The notes below the pieces were generated by a model. It made no database searches and had not been told where the DNA came from. It was given only the letters and a program-made list of their open reading frames with translations. Shown piece after piece: positions 32,796-44,418 of a stretch of DNA of 64,000 nt (positions are counted from its first letter, which is position 1; each line of letters begins with the position of its first letter). The position numbers and the translations under genes were made by a program. The stretch is from a virus: positions 1-64,000 of IMG/VR virus record IMGVR_UViG_3300042869_000676; one strand, given 5' to 3'.

Positions 32796-34787
32796 ATGTC
32801 GCGTTCATATAACAAGAAGTCGGACTATTGGAGCAAGTTCAACAAGCCAGAAAGCAGCTCGCTTCCTGTTCATAACAACTACGAACCAAAGCTTTTAGGA
32901 GAATCTTACTTCACAGAAGTTGCCAAAGCTTCTTATAGCCGTCCAGTTCAAGGAGCTACAGACACAGCACAGAGCACAAAGATTCCAAGAAACGGAACTG
33001 ACCACAACATTCGCCGCTATGCTCTTTTGAGTCAAGGAATGCTTCCTTATCAGTTCTCTAAAGACGGTGTTGACATTCGTGATGCTATTTTGCTTTGCCA
33101 AAAGGCTTACGCAAACGTCGCTTTAGTTAGAAACACAATCGACATTGCCACAGAGTTCGCTAATACAGAGATTTATCTTGAAGGCGGCACTGCGCGTAGT
33201 AGAGAATTCTTTACTAAGTGGTTTGAGAAGATCAAACTATGGAAATTGAAAGACCAATACTTCCGCGAATACTATCGCAGCGGAAACATCTTCTATTACC
33301 GTATCGACGGAAAATTTAAAGCAGAAGATTTTAAACTTTTGTCTGGTTTAAGCGAAAACGGAGTCGTCAATAACAAGATTCCTCTTCGCTACATCTTAAT
33401 TAATCCTTACGAAATCGTTGCTAAAGTTTCCGCTTCATTTTCAGAAGCGATTTACGAAAAACTTCTTTCTGAATACGAGTTAGAAAGACTCAGAAATCCA
33501 AAAGACGACGCAGATAGAGAATTGTTTAAAGCTCTTCCTGCTGATATGCAGAAGAAGGTTAAAGATAAGGCTTATTTTAGAGATGGATTAAAGATTAAAC
33601 TTGATCCATCATTTTTGCTATACTCTTTCTATAAGAAACAAGACTACGAGCCATTTGCAATTCCGTTTACCTTTCCGATCATGGAAGATGTTAATGCGAA
33701 ACTGGAATTAAAGCATATTGACCAAGCTATTTCTCGCACAGTAGAGAATGTATTGTTGCTTATCACTATGGGCGCGCCTCCTGACGAGGGCGGCATCAAT
33801 CCAGCAAATATGGCGGCAATGCAATCGTTGTTTATGAACGAAAGCGTTGGCAGAGTTCTCGTTTCTGACCATACAACAAAAGCTGAATTCATTATTCCTG
33901 ACTTAAAGAAGGTTGTTGGCGAAGAAAAATACAAGATTCTTAATCAAGATATTAAAGAAGGCTTAATGAACGTTCTTGTTGGCGACGACAAGTACAACGG
34001 TCAGACCGCGAAGATTGGCTTCTTCATGGAGCGCCTTAAAGAATCGCGCAACTGTTTCTTGAACGACATTCTTCAACCAGAAATCATTCGCATCTCAAAA
34101 GATTTAGGATTTAAAGCTTATCCTACTGCTAAATTTAAACAAATTGATCTTAAAGACGAGATTCAATATATGCGCACAGTTAGCCGTTTGATGGAGCTGT
34201 CGATTATCACTCCAGAACAAGGTATTGAAGCTATGGCTAACGGCAAATTGCCTTCTTCGGAAGAATTAAGTCCAGCTCAAGACAAACTCGTAGAAGAAAG
34301 AAAGAAAGGATACTACAATCCTCTTGTTGGCGGCGTTCCAATGACTGAAGATCCAAACGCACCAGAGCCAGCTGCTCCTGTTGCCGCTGGAAAGCCAGTT
34401 AATAAACTTTCTAGAACTCCAACGGCGAAACCAAAGAACTCTATACCTGGCAGACCGCTAGGAACAAAGTCAAAAGCTTCTACTTCTGATATTCAATCTA
34501 CTGTTTATGCAGTTGACGCTTTCATGAAAGCTTCTGAGACGTTCACTGCTGAAAAGTTTGGCGTATCTAAGCTTAACGATCAGCAAAAATCGAGCGTAAT
34601 CGAGCTATGTAAGAAAGTTGTTGCTGCTTCTAGCAAAGAAGAATGGACAACTAGACTACAAGCTTGTGTACAAGATTTAGGCAATATCGAAAAGCTTCAA
34701 CCAATGAAAGAAATCACTGATACTGCTGATGAATTTCTATTGGACGAATATTCTGCGGCTATTTTGTATCATTCTGCTGTAAAGTAA
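32796..34787 (+). CDS. portal protein
   Basis: Follows terL; VRNTID...YFREYYRSGN.F.Y; size and position. Confidence 0.8.
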   Translation: MSRSYNKKSDYWSKFNKPESSSLPVHNNYEPKLLGESYFTEVAKASYSRPVQGATDTAQSTKIPRNGTDHNIRRYALLSQGMLPYQFSKDGVDIRDAILLCQKAYANVALVRNTIDIATEFANTEIYLEGGTARSREFFTKWFEKIKLWKLKDQYFREYYRSGNIFYYRIDGKFKAEDFKLLSGLSENGVVNNKIPLRYILINPYEIVAKVSASFSEAIYEKLLSEYELERLRNPKDDADRELFKALPADMQKKVKDKAYFRDGLKIKLDPSFLLYSFYKKQDYEPFAIPFTFPIMEDVNAKLELKHIDQAISRTVENVLLLITMGAPPDEGGINPANMAAMQSLFMNESVGRVLVSDHTTKAEFIIPDLKKVVGEEKYKILNQDIKEGLMNVLVGDDKYNGQTAKIGFFMERLKESRNCFLNDILQPEIIRISKDLGFKAYPTAKFKQIDLKDEIQYMRTVSRLMELSIITPEQGIEAMANGKLPSSEELSPAQDKLVEERKKGYYNPLVGGVPMTEDPNAPEPAAPVAAGKPVNKLSRTPTAKPKNSIPGRPLGTKSKASTSDIQSTVYAVDAFMKASETFTAEKFGVSKLNDQQKSSVIELCKKVVAASSKEEWTTRLQACVQDLGNIEKLQPMKEITDTADEFLLDEYSAAILYHSAVK

Positions 34788-34790
34788 TTC

Positions 34791-36404
34791 ATGGCGTTTA
34801 AGTATAAGACGAAATTAGATAACATTTCTGTCGCTTGTCACAAAGTGGGCAGCAAAGATTTTCAAATTTCCAAAGCTTCTCTTGATGAGCTGAAAAAGCT
34901 CTCTCCAAATATTAACTTTGAAGATAATCCTGATTTATTAGGAGTGTCTTTTAACTTAGCTGTGCCAAATATGGTAAACCATAATGGCGACGGTATTTCA
35001 GGAGCTACTGCTGCTAAAATCGCTAAAAGATTTGTTAACAAGTATCTAAATATCGAGCATAACAAGAAACGTGTTATCGGTCATATCACTAACTACGGAT
35101 TTAATAGATTAAGCGACAATGTCTCCATGACAGAAGAAGAAGCGAGCAAAACATTAGATCCATTTTATTTATCAGTTGCAGGAGTTGTTTATAAAACAGT
35201 AGATTCGTCTTTTACTTCTTTGATGATTCGCAATTCTGATCCTGCTGATTCGTTCAGAAACTCAATTTCGGCAAGTTGGGAAATTGGTTTTAGCAGTTAT
35301 TATTTAGCTGTTGGAAGCGACAATTTAAAAGAAGCGGACATCATTACTGATCCAGAAACTGTTGCAGAATACTCAAAATTTTTAAAAAGTAGAGGCGGCA
35401 ACGGAAGAATGCAAGATGGCACAGCGATTAACAGAGTTATCGTTGGAGAAATCTATCCGCTAGGAGGAGGATTCACTACAAATCCAGCTGCGCAAGTTAA
35501 TGGCGTAGTGGCATTTGATTCTAAGGTTTCAGTTTCTCTCCGAGACTCCGAAGATGAAGCTTCAGAGGAGGAGCCGCAAGATTTAGAGATGCAAGATTCA
35601 TCAAAAGATTACCGTCACGAGGTGATGGCGTTTTTAATGAATAAAAAATCAAATTCCATTTTAGAGATAAAAAATGTAAAAAATATAAACCATATGGACT
35701 TAGAAAAACTTATCGCAGAACTCAAGGGTGCTCTTCTTGAGAAAAAGTTCGGTGAAGAAGCTGTTGCTTCAATGACCAGCCAATTCACAGAAGCTATCAA
35801 ACAAAAAGACACAGAATACCGCGATTCAATCGCTGCCGAAAAAAATGCTAAAGAACAAGCTCAGAAGCTTTACAACGAAACTGTTGCTTCTGTTGAACAA
35901 ATGAAAGCTTCTTTGGCCGCAACTCAAGAAGAGTTGAATAAAATTAAAGAACAGAAAACTCAAGAAGAAGCCGTTGCTCGCCTCAATGCTCGCGTTAGCG
36001 AACTTGATGCTGCTTACGAACTCTCTGACGAAGACCGCAAGGTTATCATTGGCGAAGTTCAAACTCTTGATTCTGTTGAAGAAGCTTTCGCTTCTTACAA
36101 AGAAAAATTTGGTGTTGTATGGAAACACAAGAGCAAGGACTTCATCAAGGCGCAAGCCGCTGAAATCGAAAAGAAGATTTCAGAACAAGTTGAAGCTCGC
36201 CTCAAAGAAGTTAGCAAAGCTTCTGTTGCTACCGTTGTTGAAACAAAGGTAGAAGACAAGAAACCTGACATTACAGCTGCTCTCGAAAGCGCTGTTGCTA
36301 CAAACACCGCGCCAGATAGTCAAACATCTGTCGAAATCAACTTCCGCGATAAGTTTGCACAAGCTTTTTCGCGTGAAAACATTAGCGTAAGCTATTCTAA
36401 ATAA
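34791..36404 (+). CDS. prohead protease fused to scaffold
   Basis: NHNGDG, NIEH...IGHI, SASWEIGF, GFTTNPAA; Glu/Ala-rich coiled-coil C-terminal half. Confidence 0.8.
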   Translation: MAFKYKTKLDNISVACHKVGSKDFQISKASLDELKKLSPNINFEDNPDLLGVSFNLAVPNMVNHNGDGISGATAAKIAKRFVNKYLNIEHNKKRVIGHITNYGFNRLSDNVSMTEEEASKTLDPFYLSVAGVVYKTVDSSFTSLMIRNSDPADSFRNSISASWEIGFSSYYLAVGSDNLKEADIITDPETVAEYSKFLKSRGGNGRMQDGTAINRVIVGEIYPLGGGFTTNPAAQVNGVVAFDSKVSVSLRDSEDEASEEEPQDLEMQDSSKDYRHEVMAFLMNKKSNSILEIKNVKNINHMDLEKLIAELKGALLEKKFGEEAVASMTSQFTEAIKQKDTEYRDSIAAEKNAKEQAQKLYNETVASVEQMKASLAATQEELNKIKEQKTQEEAVARLNARVSELDAAYELSDEDRKVIIGEVQTLDSVEEAFASYKEKFGVVWKHKSKDFIKAQAAEIEKKISEQVEARLKEVSKASVATVVETKVEDKKPDITAALESAVATNTAPDSQTSVEINFRDKFAQAFSRENISVSYSK

Positions 36405-36439
36405 TAACAATCAAGTAAATATATAATAAGGAAAACAAT

Positions 36440-37060
36440 ATGGCTATTCGTCTCTTACCATTCCGTCAACTCAATGAGTTTGACGTGGTCAATATGTACG
36501 CCCTTGTTGACGCTGCCGTTAACGAGAGCACAACAGGCGTTGGCAGCGGTGACGCAGGTGTTTTCGTTAAAGTTTCCGCAGGTAACTTTGACTTAGATCC
36601 TGTTTCATACGCTTCCGACTCATACCTCGGCAAAACCGATTATCCGCATATCGGTGCTGCCCAATATCCAAAGGTTAACCTCAAGGTTACACCTGCCGCC
36701 TCTGGCGACCTCACAAACTGCCTCGGCATCACTCTCCGTCAAACTGCTAAAACAGATGAAAACGGCGAAAAACTTCTCTACTACCGCCAAAAAGCGGAAG
36801 AGCTGATGTGTGTTCTGCCTGGTCAAGCTGTTCCAGTTGCTACTCGTGGTATCTTCTCGCTTGGCGCTGGCGCTATCGACGGTACCCTCACAGTTGGCTC
36901 TGGCTTCAAACTTTCCGCCAATGGTGGTAAAGTTACAGGCTGCGCTCACAGTGACGCTGGCAAACTCGGCCTTGTTCTTGGAACAGGCTCACGCACAACT
37001 CTTAACGGTGTTGCTGATCAATTCAACGGCGGTTTCGCTGTTGTAGGTCTGCGTATGTAA
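36440..37060 (+). CDS. capsid decoration/cement protein
   Basis: Between protease and capsid, strong codon bias, GQAVPVATRG motif. Confidence 0.65.
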   Translation: MAIRLLPFRQLNEFDVVNMYALVDAAVNESTTGVGSGDAGVFVKVSAGNFDLDPVSYASDSYLGKTDYPHIGAAQYPKVNLKVTPAASGDLTNCLGITLRQTAKTDENGEKLLYYRQKAEELMCVLPGQAVPVATRGIFSLGAGAIDGTLTVGSGFKLSANGGKVTGCAHSDAGKLGLVLGTGSRTTLNGVADQFNGGFAVVGLRM

Positions 37061-37094
37061 TTGAACAATAAAATATAAAAGGAAAAAATTTATA

Positions 37095-38234
37095 ATGAAA
37101 ATCACATTAAAGCGCACACCAGAACAGATTGAGCTTATCAAAGCTATGGCTAGCCGCAACCGCACCATCGCTTACGATGCGCAAGTTGCTCTCGCCTCTT
37201 TCATCGGACCTGTACTTGCAGAAGTTATCAACAACGCTCCTACACTGAGCAACTTGTTCACAACTCTGCCATTCAATGCCGACGACAATCCCAGCATTCC
37301 GCTCGACCTCTACTTCGACATCAATGACGAAGACTATATCACAGTATATTCTCAGTCAGTCGCTGGTGGTCTTCCAACCAATCAAGTTCTCCCAACCACA
37401 TCCGAATTGAAAGTCGCTACTTACAGCCTCGACAGCGCTCTGTCGTTTGATCGTAAGTACGCTGCCAAACATCGTATGGACGTTGTAGCGAAAACCTTCA
37501 CCCGCATGGCCCAAGAAGTTCTCTTGAAACAAGAACGCACTTCCGCCTCGCTGGTAATGGCCGCTCTCGCAGCCGCCACCACAAACAGCAAGCAGCACGT
37601 TCAAAAAGCTAACCAAGCTGGTCGTTTCCTCTTGGCTGACTTGAACGAACTGCTCACCCTCGCAAAGCGTATCTCCACATCGTGGGCTAACGGTACTCCT
37701 GCTGGTGGCGCTCGCGCTGGTTTGACCGACATTCTGGTTTCCCCAGAAATCGTTGAGCAAATTCGTGCAATGGCTTATAACCCAATCAACACCGTTTCTG
37801 GTATCACCGCTGCTGGCGGCACAGCTTCTTCAGTTGGCATTCCTGCCACTGACGAAATGCGCTCCGCTATCTACGGTGCAGCTGGCATTCCAAGCTTCTA
37901 CGGCGTTTCGATCTTGGAATTCGTTGAAATGGGCAAAGGCCAAAAGTTCAACACCATTTTCGACACCGCTGCTGACGCCACCACCTTCACAAAGGCTGAT
38001 GGTACAAGCTCTGGTGACTTCACTGGTTCCACACAAGAAATCATCGTTGGTATTGACCGCAGCCGCGAGTCACTCCTTCGTGTTGTCGCTACCGATCCAG
38101 ATTCCAACTCGGAATTCACGCTCGTTGCCGACGACCAATTCAGCATCCGCCAAAATAAGATCGGTTATTTCGGCTCGATGGAAGAAGGCCGCATGATTCT
38201 CGACAATCGTGCGCTTGTTGGCAAGATCGTCTAA
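37095..38234 (+). CDS. major capsid protein
   Basis: Position, 379 aa, very strong codon bias, followed by strong terminator. Confidence 0.82.
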   Translation: MKITLKRTPEQIELIKAMASRNRTIAYDAQVALASFIGPVLAEVINNAPTLSNLFTTLPFNADDNPSIPLDLYFDINDEDYITVYSQSVAGGLPTNQVLPTTSELKVATYSLDSALSFDRKYAAKHRMDVVAKTFTRMAQEVLLKQERTSASLVMAALAAATTNSKQHVQKANQAGRFLLADLNELLTLAKRISTSWANGTPAGGARAGLTDILVSPEIVEQIRAMAYNPINTVSGITAAGGTASSVGIPATDEMRSAIYGAAGIPSFYGVSILEFVEMGKGQKFNTIFDTAADATTFTKADGTSSGDFTGSTQEIIVGIDRSRESLLRVVATDPDSNSEFTLVADDQFSIRQNKIGYFGSMEEGRMILDNRALVGKIV

Positions 38235-38251
38235 TAGAATAGTTCTTACGA

Positions 38252-38279
38252 AGCCCGCCTCGAAAGAGGCGGGTTTTTT
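38252..38279 (+). terminator. intrinsic terminator
   Basis: GCCCGCCTC-GAAA-GAGGCGGGT then T run. Confidence 0.9.
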
Positions 38280-38325
38280 ATTCTCTATACTCTAGAAAAG
38301 TGTAAACTGTAAGGTATCATCTAGT

Positions 38326-38721
38326 ATGGAAACATCAACTGGACAGTCTAAAGTTAAAGAAAATCCGAGTCTTATGAGTGCTTTAAACAGCATTCAAGAT
38401 AAGAACTCTAAGGAGTATCGTGATAAAGTTCGTGAACTAGAAACCGCTTTAGGCGTTAAAGAAGTAAATATTTTTGGCACAGCAAATCGCTCTATCTTTG
38501 AAGAAAATTTAGATGAGATGAACGAGATGCAAATGCAAGCGTTGGCGCGTCGTCTTTACATTGATCAATCTGGCAGCAAGCCTATGTTAAAGAAGCGTTT
38601 GATGAGGCAGTTTGACACTCAGAACGTTCAGAGTCGTGGTTATTTTTCTCCTCAACCAAAACAAAAAGAGCTATTTTCTGAAAAACAGAAGATTGCTATG
38701 AACAAAATCTTAAATGGCTAA
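38326..38721 (+). CDS. hypothetical late protein
   Basis: Late motif upstream. Confidence 0.65.
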   Translation: METSTGQSKVKENPSLMSALNSIQDKNSKEYRDKVRELETALGVKEVNIFGTANRSIFEENLDEMNEMQMQALARRLYIDQSGSKPMLKKRLMRQFDTQNVQSRGYFSPQPKQKELFSEKQKIAMNKILNG

Positions 38722-39202
38722 TATCGAACAAGTAGCAAGCGGTATATTCTTCTACGAATTTGACGCTGATGTAGCAGAAGCTAATATCAGTGTCATTTCT
38801 GGTTGGATTACCGCAAACTTAGGCGAAATCAACAACTTGATTTTTACTAATTTCACAGGCGAAGATGCTAGTCTTGGAAAAGAAGAACAAGATATTCTCA
38901 AGCATCTTTATATGGCGAGCTACTACAAAAAGAAGTCGAGAAACGTCATCAAATCTATTGGTTCTTCCTCTGGAAACGGAATCTTGTCTTTAAAAGACGA
39001 AGACAATACAATTGTGTTTGTTAATACAAACGAAGTGAGCAAACAGTTTCATTCTTTATCGAAAAGTCATATGGAAGAAGTTAACAAACTTGTTTATGCT
39101 TATAATTATTATCAAGCAAGACCAACTCAAGTTGTAAACAAGAGTATGTTTAATGATGTTATGGGTTTGGTTGCTACTGGTACAGGTTTCATCATCTACT
39201 AA
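38714..39202 (+). CDS. head-tail adaptor-like protein
   Basis: Position after capsid, helical ~160 aa. Confidence 0.45.
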   Translation: MANIEQVASGIFFYEFDADVAEANISVISGWITANLGEINNLIFTNFTGEDASLGKEEQDILKHLYMASYYKKKSRNVIKSIGSSSGNGILSLKDEDNTIVFVNTNEVSKQFHSLSKSHMEEVNKLVYAYNYYQARPTQVVNKSMFNDVMGLVATGTGFIIY

Positions 39203-39281
39203 AGTCTAGTTTTAATTAAAATTCAAAAGCGCACCCTTAAAAGTGCGCTTTTTGTGTAAATTTAAATGAACGCTTCTAACA

Positions 39282-39623
39282 ATGTCTGCTTCTACTTACA
39301 ACATTTCCATAGAAACAAATACAGATTATTCTGTTAGTCTTATACTTAAAGATGCTGGAGGCGTAGCAATCAATCTTACTTCTGCAACAATTGATGCAGA
39401 AATAAAACAGAATTATTATTCGCCAACACTTGTTGCTTTTACAGTAACGAAAACAAATCCTAGTATTGGATCAATCAAACTTGCTTTAACTGCTGCGCAA
39501 ACTGCGGCATTACATCCGGGCGATTTGCAGTATGATGTTTTAGTAAAATTTGATAATGGTACATTTCAAAAAATATTAAAAGGAGTTATTTCGGTAACAT
39601 CAGGCATAACATCACTCTCATAA
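39282..39623 (+). CDS. Ig-like virion protein (BppU N-terminal-like)
   Basis: YNISIE..D...INLT...G.I.L.LTAAQT....YDV...ILKG. Confidence 0.6.
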   Translation: MSASTYNISIETNTDYSVSLILKDAGGVAINLTSATIDAEIKQNYYSPTLVAFTVTKTNPSIGSIKLALTAAQTAALHPGDLQYDVLVKFDNGTFQKILKGVISVTSGITSLS

Positions 39624-39624
39624 A

Positions 39625-40314
39625 ATGCCCGAAGTAGTTGAAATTATTATATCTGGTAATGATGATGGGCCGATTCAAATTATTGAAGCGGATCAGTTCA
39701 ATCATAACTCGCTTCCTGACTTACAAGGAGGAACTGGTGGTCAATATTATCACTTAACAAGTGGTCAATACAATTTCGTTACTGGTATTTTCGCAGATCA
39801 GATTGATCCTACTCACGACGTATTCTTTGAAAAGAATGTCTCTGTCTCAGGCACACTTCTTCTTGGTAGTGGAACAGACAATACTTTAAGTGGTATTCGT
39901 ACAGCTGCTGATGGCAGTTTTTCTCAAGCTGGTGATGCTCAATATTCCGAATTTATTTTAAAAAGAGAAACAACAACAACTGGAACTTATGAGTTGGCGT
40001 TTCCAAATCAAATCAAGAAGTTAACTTTGCCTAATAACACTTCATGGTTCTTTAAAGTGAGAGTTATTGGAAGATCAACTGCTGGTTTAACATCAACGTT
40101 TAACGCAGAAGGCACAATTAAGAAAGGTATAAGCGCAGGATTCACAGAAATTGTTGGAGGAACAATTGTGAACGGAATAACTGATGAGTTGGCAGTTGGC
40201 GGAATCTTAATCGACGCTGACACAACTTATGGTTACTTGAAGATCAGCGCTTTAGGTTTGGCGGCGACTACAATTCACTGGGTTGCATTTCTAGATTTAA
40301 TACAAGTAAAATAA
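39625..40314 (+). CDS. virion fibre-associated protein
   Basis: HNSLPDLQGG...YHLT motif; C-terminal domain paralogous to the next gene. Confidence 0.6.
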   Translation: MPEVVEIIISGNDDGPIQIIEADQFNHNSLPDLQGGTGGQYYHLTSGQYNFVTGIFADQIDPTHDVFFEKNVSVSGTLLLGSGTDNTLSGIRTAADGSFSQAGDAQYSEFILKRETTTTGTYELAFPNQIKKLTLPNNTSWFFKVRVIGRSTAGLTSTFNAEGTIKKGISAGFTEIVGGTIVNGITDELAVGGILIDADTTYGYLKISALGLAATTIHWVAFLDLIQVK

Positions 40315-40357
40315 CAACAAAATCGTGTAAATAATTTAATAACGGAGAATTTAAAAA

Positions 40358-42388
40358 ATGGCTATCTACTATACAGGCTCACTGGTCGGCAATCAAATCA
40401 ACTTTACAACAGGCTCTGCGTCGATTGTTGCCGCTGACCTTAAACAGTACGTTATCGACCAGACAGTTTCTGGTGGACAAACTGGTTTAACCCCAAGCAC
40501 AAAGGCTACATTCGACTTTACCACTGGTATCTCTGGTTACCTTAGTGGTCAAGCTTATGACTTGAGAGTTGCCACAGGAATTATCTCCAATTTCACTGGT
40601 ACTCTTGGCTCTGCTGCTTTCCGCGATATCTCTGAAACTGTCGCGGAAAACGGCACAGGCGTTTCAACGTCTGATTCTGTATGGGATTTCGGCACAGGCT
40701 TGTCTGGCTACCTCTCTATCAACGCTGGTAATCTTTACCAAGTTAATGCTTCTAGCCCAACTGCTAATACAGCTAATATCAATTTAACTGGTCGTGTTAG
40801 CGGTCAAGTTTTCAATGATTTTGTTCAAGTAGTTGCTGGAACTGGTCTTGAACTTTCTGTTGCTACTGATGCAATTACAATTTCTCACAAAGATACTTCT
40901 AGCGTAGCTGATGTTACTGTTGCCGCAGCTGCTGGTTCTGCTATCACTGGTGTTGTATTCACTTTTGACCCATTTGGTCACGTTCTCTCTGCTACTGGTC
41001 AAACCGCAGTTATTGTTCGTGATCAAATTGCTAGCGGCGTAACCACAACTGCTCCAAGTGAAGGTTCTGTTCATACTTTGTCTGGTTTGCTGAGAACTTT
41101 AATCAATGAATCGTATGCTAGAGATTTAGAAAGCGTAACAAACAGCGGAAATTCTACCACAAACGGAATTACAGTTGGCGATCTTACTGCAAATGGTAAT
41201 GTGATTCTTGGTAGTGATGCTTCTGATACATTAACAGTTAAAGCTGGTCCAGTTGTTTTCTTAAACTCTGTTCAAAGCTCTGACGCTGTTGTTTTCGGTC
41301 CAAACGACGCGACAAAAGTTTCGGCTTACAAATCCGACGCAAATCTTTTAAGACTTGATGGTAGTTTAGTCATTACTGGTAACTTAACTGTTAGCGGTAC
41401 TACAACCTACATTAACACAACCGAAACAAACATCGGTGATGCGCTAATTACTCTTAACGCTGACTTTACTGGAGCAGTACCAACTGAAAACGGTGGTATT
41501 GAAATTGAACGCGGCACAGAAGCAAACACAGCTCTCCGCTGGAACGAAGGTCTTGATCGCTGGCAGTTCACAAACGATGGAACGACATACTACAATATGC
41601 CGATCACATCGGAATTCACCATGTACGACCTTGCTGTCGCTGCTGGTGGAACTAATGATGCGATTATCCGCATCACAGGCTCTAATGGCGACGTAAATGA
41701 CATTACTATTAGCGGCTCTAGCGGAATTCTTGTTACTGACAATGGTTCTAATCTGATTGTTGTTTCTCACGAAGATACATCTGCTGCCGTTAGCACAGTT
41801 AGCACAAATACTCAAGGCGTTGTAATCCAGAATTTCACTGGTCTAGTTGATATTTACGGTCACATCACTGGTCTTGGCGTTCAAACAACTGACCTTGACG
41901 TTCTTTATCCTCGCACTGGTCAAGTAACACTTGATTACATCACCACAAACGGTTCTGGCACAGCTAACGATCTTGTTATCGGTGGCATTACAGTTTCAGG
42001 TTCTGCTCAAGCTAAGTCTGATCACTTTGCAGTTTACTGCACAACTACAGACGACGCAACCACAGAAATGTTCTTAAACGGAACATCTGGACGAGTCACT
42101 ATCGCAAATAATTCTGCCGCTTCTTTCAAAGGAACAATCACAGCGTTCGATACAACAAACGCCAAAGCCGCTTCTTGGTCTTATGATTGCTTGGTTGCTA
42201 ACAAAGCTGGTAATACAGCTCTTGTCGCTAACGCTATCGTCACAAAGTTCGCTTCTGAAAGCAACGCTCCTTGGGAAGTGTTCGTTGATGGCGACAATAC
42301 AACAGATTCTCTAAAGCTCCAAGTTAAAGGCGAAGCCGCCGCTACAATCAAATGGACTGCTAGCGTAATTAGCGCTGTCGTTTCATAA
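40358..42388 (+). CDS. virion fibre/structural protein
   Basis: GNLTVSGTTTYINT...DALITLN...GGIEIERG...LRWNE...W motif. Confidence 0.7.
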   Translation: MAIYYTGSLVGNQINFTTGSASIVAADLKQYVIDQTVSGGQTGLTPSTKATFDFTTGISGYLSGQAYDLRVATGIISNFTGTLGSAAFRDISETVAENGTGVSTSDSVWDFGTGLSGYLSINAGNLYQVNASSPTANTANINLTGRVSGQVFNDFVQVVAGTGLELSVATDAITISHKDTSSVADVTVAAAAGSAITGVVFTFDPFGHVLSATGQTAVIVRDQIASGVTTTAPSEGSVHTLSGLLRTLINESYARDLESVTNSGNSTTNGITVGDLTANGNVILGSDASDTLTVKAGPVVFLNSVQSSDAVVFGPNDATKVSAYKSDANLLRLDGSLVITGNLTVSGTTTYINTTETNIGDALITLNADFTGAVPTENGGIEIERGTEANTALRWNEGLDRWQFTNDGTTYYNMPITSEFTMYDLAVAAGGTNDAIIRITGSNGDVNDITISGSSGILVTDNGSNLIVVSHEDTSAAVSTVSTNTQGVVIQNFTGLVDIYGHITGLGVQTTDLDVLYPRTGQVTLDYITTNGSGTANDLVIGGITVSGSAQAKSDHFAVYCTTTDDATTEMFLNGTSGRVTIANNSAASFKGTITAFDTTNAKAASWSYDCLVANKAGNTALVANAIVTKFASESNAPWEVFVDGDNTTDSLKLQVKGEAAATIKWTASVISAVVS

Positions 42389-42423
42389 GTGGGCGATGAA
42401 TTTTGAAATTAACATAAAGCAAT

Positions 42424-44400
42424 ATGGGAGTTTACTATCTAGGAGCAAGTCCTCAACAAGTTGATTTTCAAATCGTTGATGTTGATACTGGCGTTTTCTT
42501 AAACGCGCAGAGTGGCATAGCTTATAGTTCAACTCGCTTAAGCGGGCAGCTTTCATCTTATTACGCAGACGCATCTAATCTAACTGGAACTGCAAATTTA
42601 CCTTCTGGTGTTTTTGGTACATTAGATGTTGATTCGTTTATTAGAAATGTATCAACCAAGTTCGTTGATTATACAGTTTCTACTGCTGACGATGTTATTA
42701 TCTCAAGTTCAGCTGATCCAAAGACAATTAGTTTAATCTACGCTTCTGGCAACGCTGGAAGACAGTTTGTAATCAAAAATAAAGGAGCTGGAACTGTTAC
42801 AGTTAACGCTTCTGGAGTTGGTCAGATTGATGGCGCAGATACTTATTCTTTGCCGCAATATCAATCTATATCTGTGTTTAGCGATGGATCAACTTGGAAC
42901 GCTGATGCTGGTAAGCAAGGCATTCAAGGTATTCAAGGCTTGCAGGGCGTACAAGGAACTCAGGGTCCACAGGGAACTCAAGGCGTTCAGGGTACGCAAG
43001 GCGTTCAAGGAACTCAAGGCGTTCAGGGTACGCAAGGTTTACAAGGCCCACAAGGAACGCAGGGTGTTCAAGGTACTCAAGGTTTGCAAGGCCCACAAGG
43101 AACTCAAGGAGTTCAAGGTACACAAGGCGTTACTGGTTCGCAAGGCTCAACAGGCGCAACTGGAGCACAAGGAACTACTGGAGCTACAGGCGCGCAGGGA
43201 ACTACTGGTACTAACGGCGCTACAGGTTCACAAGGCTCAACAGGAGCTACTGGCTCGCAAGGCGCTCAAGGAACGCAAGGAAGAACAGGCGCGCAGGGGA
43301 CGACAGGCGCAACAGGTAATACTGGTAATACCGGTTCGCAAGGTGCAACAGGTTCAACTGGATCTACAGGCGGTACAGGCGCTACAGGCGCGCAGGGGGC
43401 GACAGGCGCAACAGGTAATACTGGTAATACTGGTTCACAAGGCGCGACTGGCTCAACTGGATCTACAGGATCAACTGGCGCAACAGGAGCGCAGGGAATT
43501 TCTGGCGCAACAATAGACAATACAGAAAGAACTTTATCCCGTTTATCTTTCACGGGTGTTGGTGGAAATTCTAATGTAACTTTTGGAGCAAATCACTATT
43601 CAATTGGTCAAGCTGGAGGAGGTTGGGATTATCCATATCCAGATTTAATTATTGGTTACCATACAGGTATTCGCATTGGTGGGTACTGGAATTACGGCGG
43701 TACAAGATTCTATAATGATTCACCAACTTCTAATGGTGGTGCCGAAGCTGAATTAATGTCGATAGGTAATGGAGATAATAACGTAAGAGTTCAAAATACA
43801 ATTTATGCCGCAGTTTTTTCCGATATTAACAATACTGCATATTATTTAGATCCAAATTCAAACTCCAATTTTGCTGGATCTATAAGCGTTAGCCAAAATA
43901 ACGCTTCGGGTGGAGGCATCATTCTCGCTGATGATGGCGACATTGTTGATTTGAATGACGCTTACTGTTCAATGCGATTTACCTCTGGAGTTCGTATTTT
44001 TAGCGCAAATAGAAGTGGTAGCGCGGTTATTAGTCTAGGAAGTAACGGAGCAATCGTAGCGAATTCTAATATTACCGCTTATGGAAGCGCTTCTGATATT
44101 AGATTAAAAGAAAATATTGTTCGTATTGATAACGCATTAAATAAGGTAATGCAGATAAATGGTTATTATTTTAACTATACTGGTAAAACTGAACGTATGG
44201 TTGGCGTTGTCGCGCAGGAAATTGAACCAGTTTTAAAAGAAGTCGTATATGAATACGAAAATATCGAAACAAAAGAAAAGAACAAAGCTGTTTACTACGG
44301 AAATATCACAGCTCTTCTTATCGAAGCGATGAAAGAGCAGCAAGCTACCATCGAATCACTAAAAGACCGCATTTTAGTGCTGGAAAACATTAAAAACTAA
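42424..44400 (+). CDS. collagen-like fibre with C-terminal intramolecular chaperone (Peptidase S74)
   Basis: G-X-Y repeats; SDIRLKENI...GVVAQE...LLIEAMKE. Confidence 0.85.
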   Translation: MGVYYLGASPQQVDFQIVDVDTGVFLNAQSGIAYSSTRLSGQLSSYYADASNLTGTANLPSGVFGTLDVDSFIRNVSTKFVDYTVSTADDVIISSSADPKTISLIYASGNAGRQFVIKNKGAGTVTVNASGVGQIDGADTYSLPQYQSISVFSDGSTWNADAGKQGIQGIQGLQGVQGTQGPQGTQGVQGTQGVQGTQGVQGTQGLQGPQGTQGVQGTQGLQGPQGTQGVQGTQGVTGSQGSTGATGAQGTTGATGAQGTTGTNGATGSQGSTGATGSQGAQGTQGRTGAQGTTGATGNTGNTGSQGATGSTGSTGGTGATGAQGATGATGNTGNTGSQGATGSTGSTGSTGATGAQGISGATIDNTERTLSRLSFTGVGGNSNVTFGANHYSIGQAGGGWDYPYPDLIIGYHTGIRIGGYWNYGGTRFYNDSPTSNGGAEAELMSIGNGDNNVRVQNTIYAAVFSDINNTAYYLDPNSNSNFAGSISVSQNNASGGGIILADDGDIVDLNDAYCSMRFTSGVRIFSANRSGSAVISLGSNGAIVANSNITAYGSASDIRLKENIVRIDNALNKVMQINGYYFNYTGKTERMVGVVAQEIEPVLKEVVYEYENIETKEKNKAVYYGNITALLIEAMKEQQATIESLKDRILVLENIKN

Positions 44401-44418
44401 TTTAAAATATATAAATTT

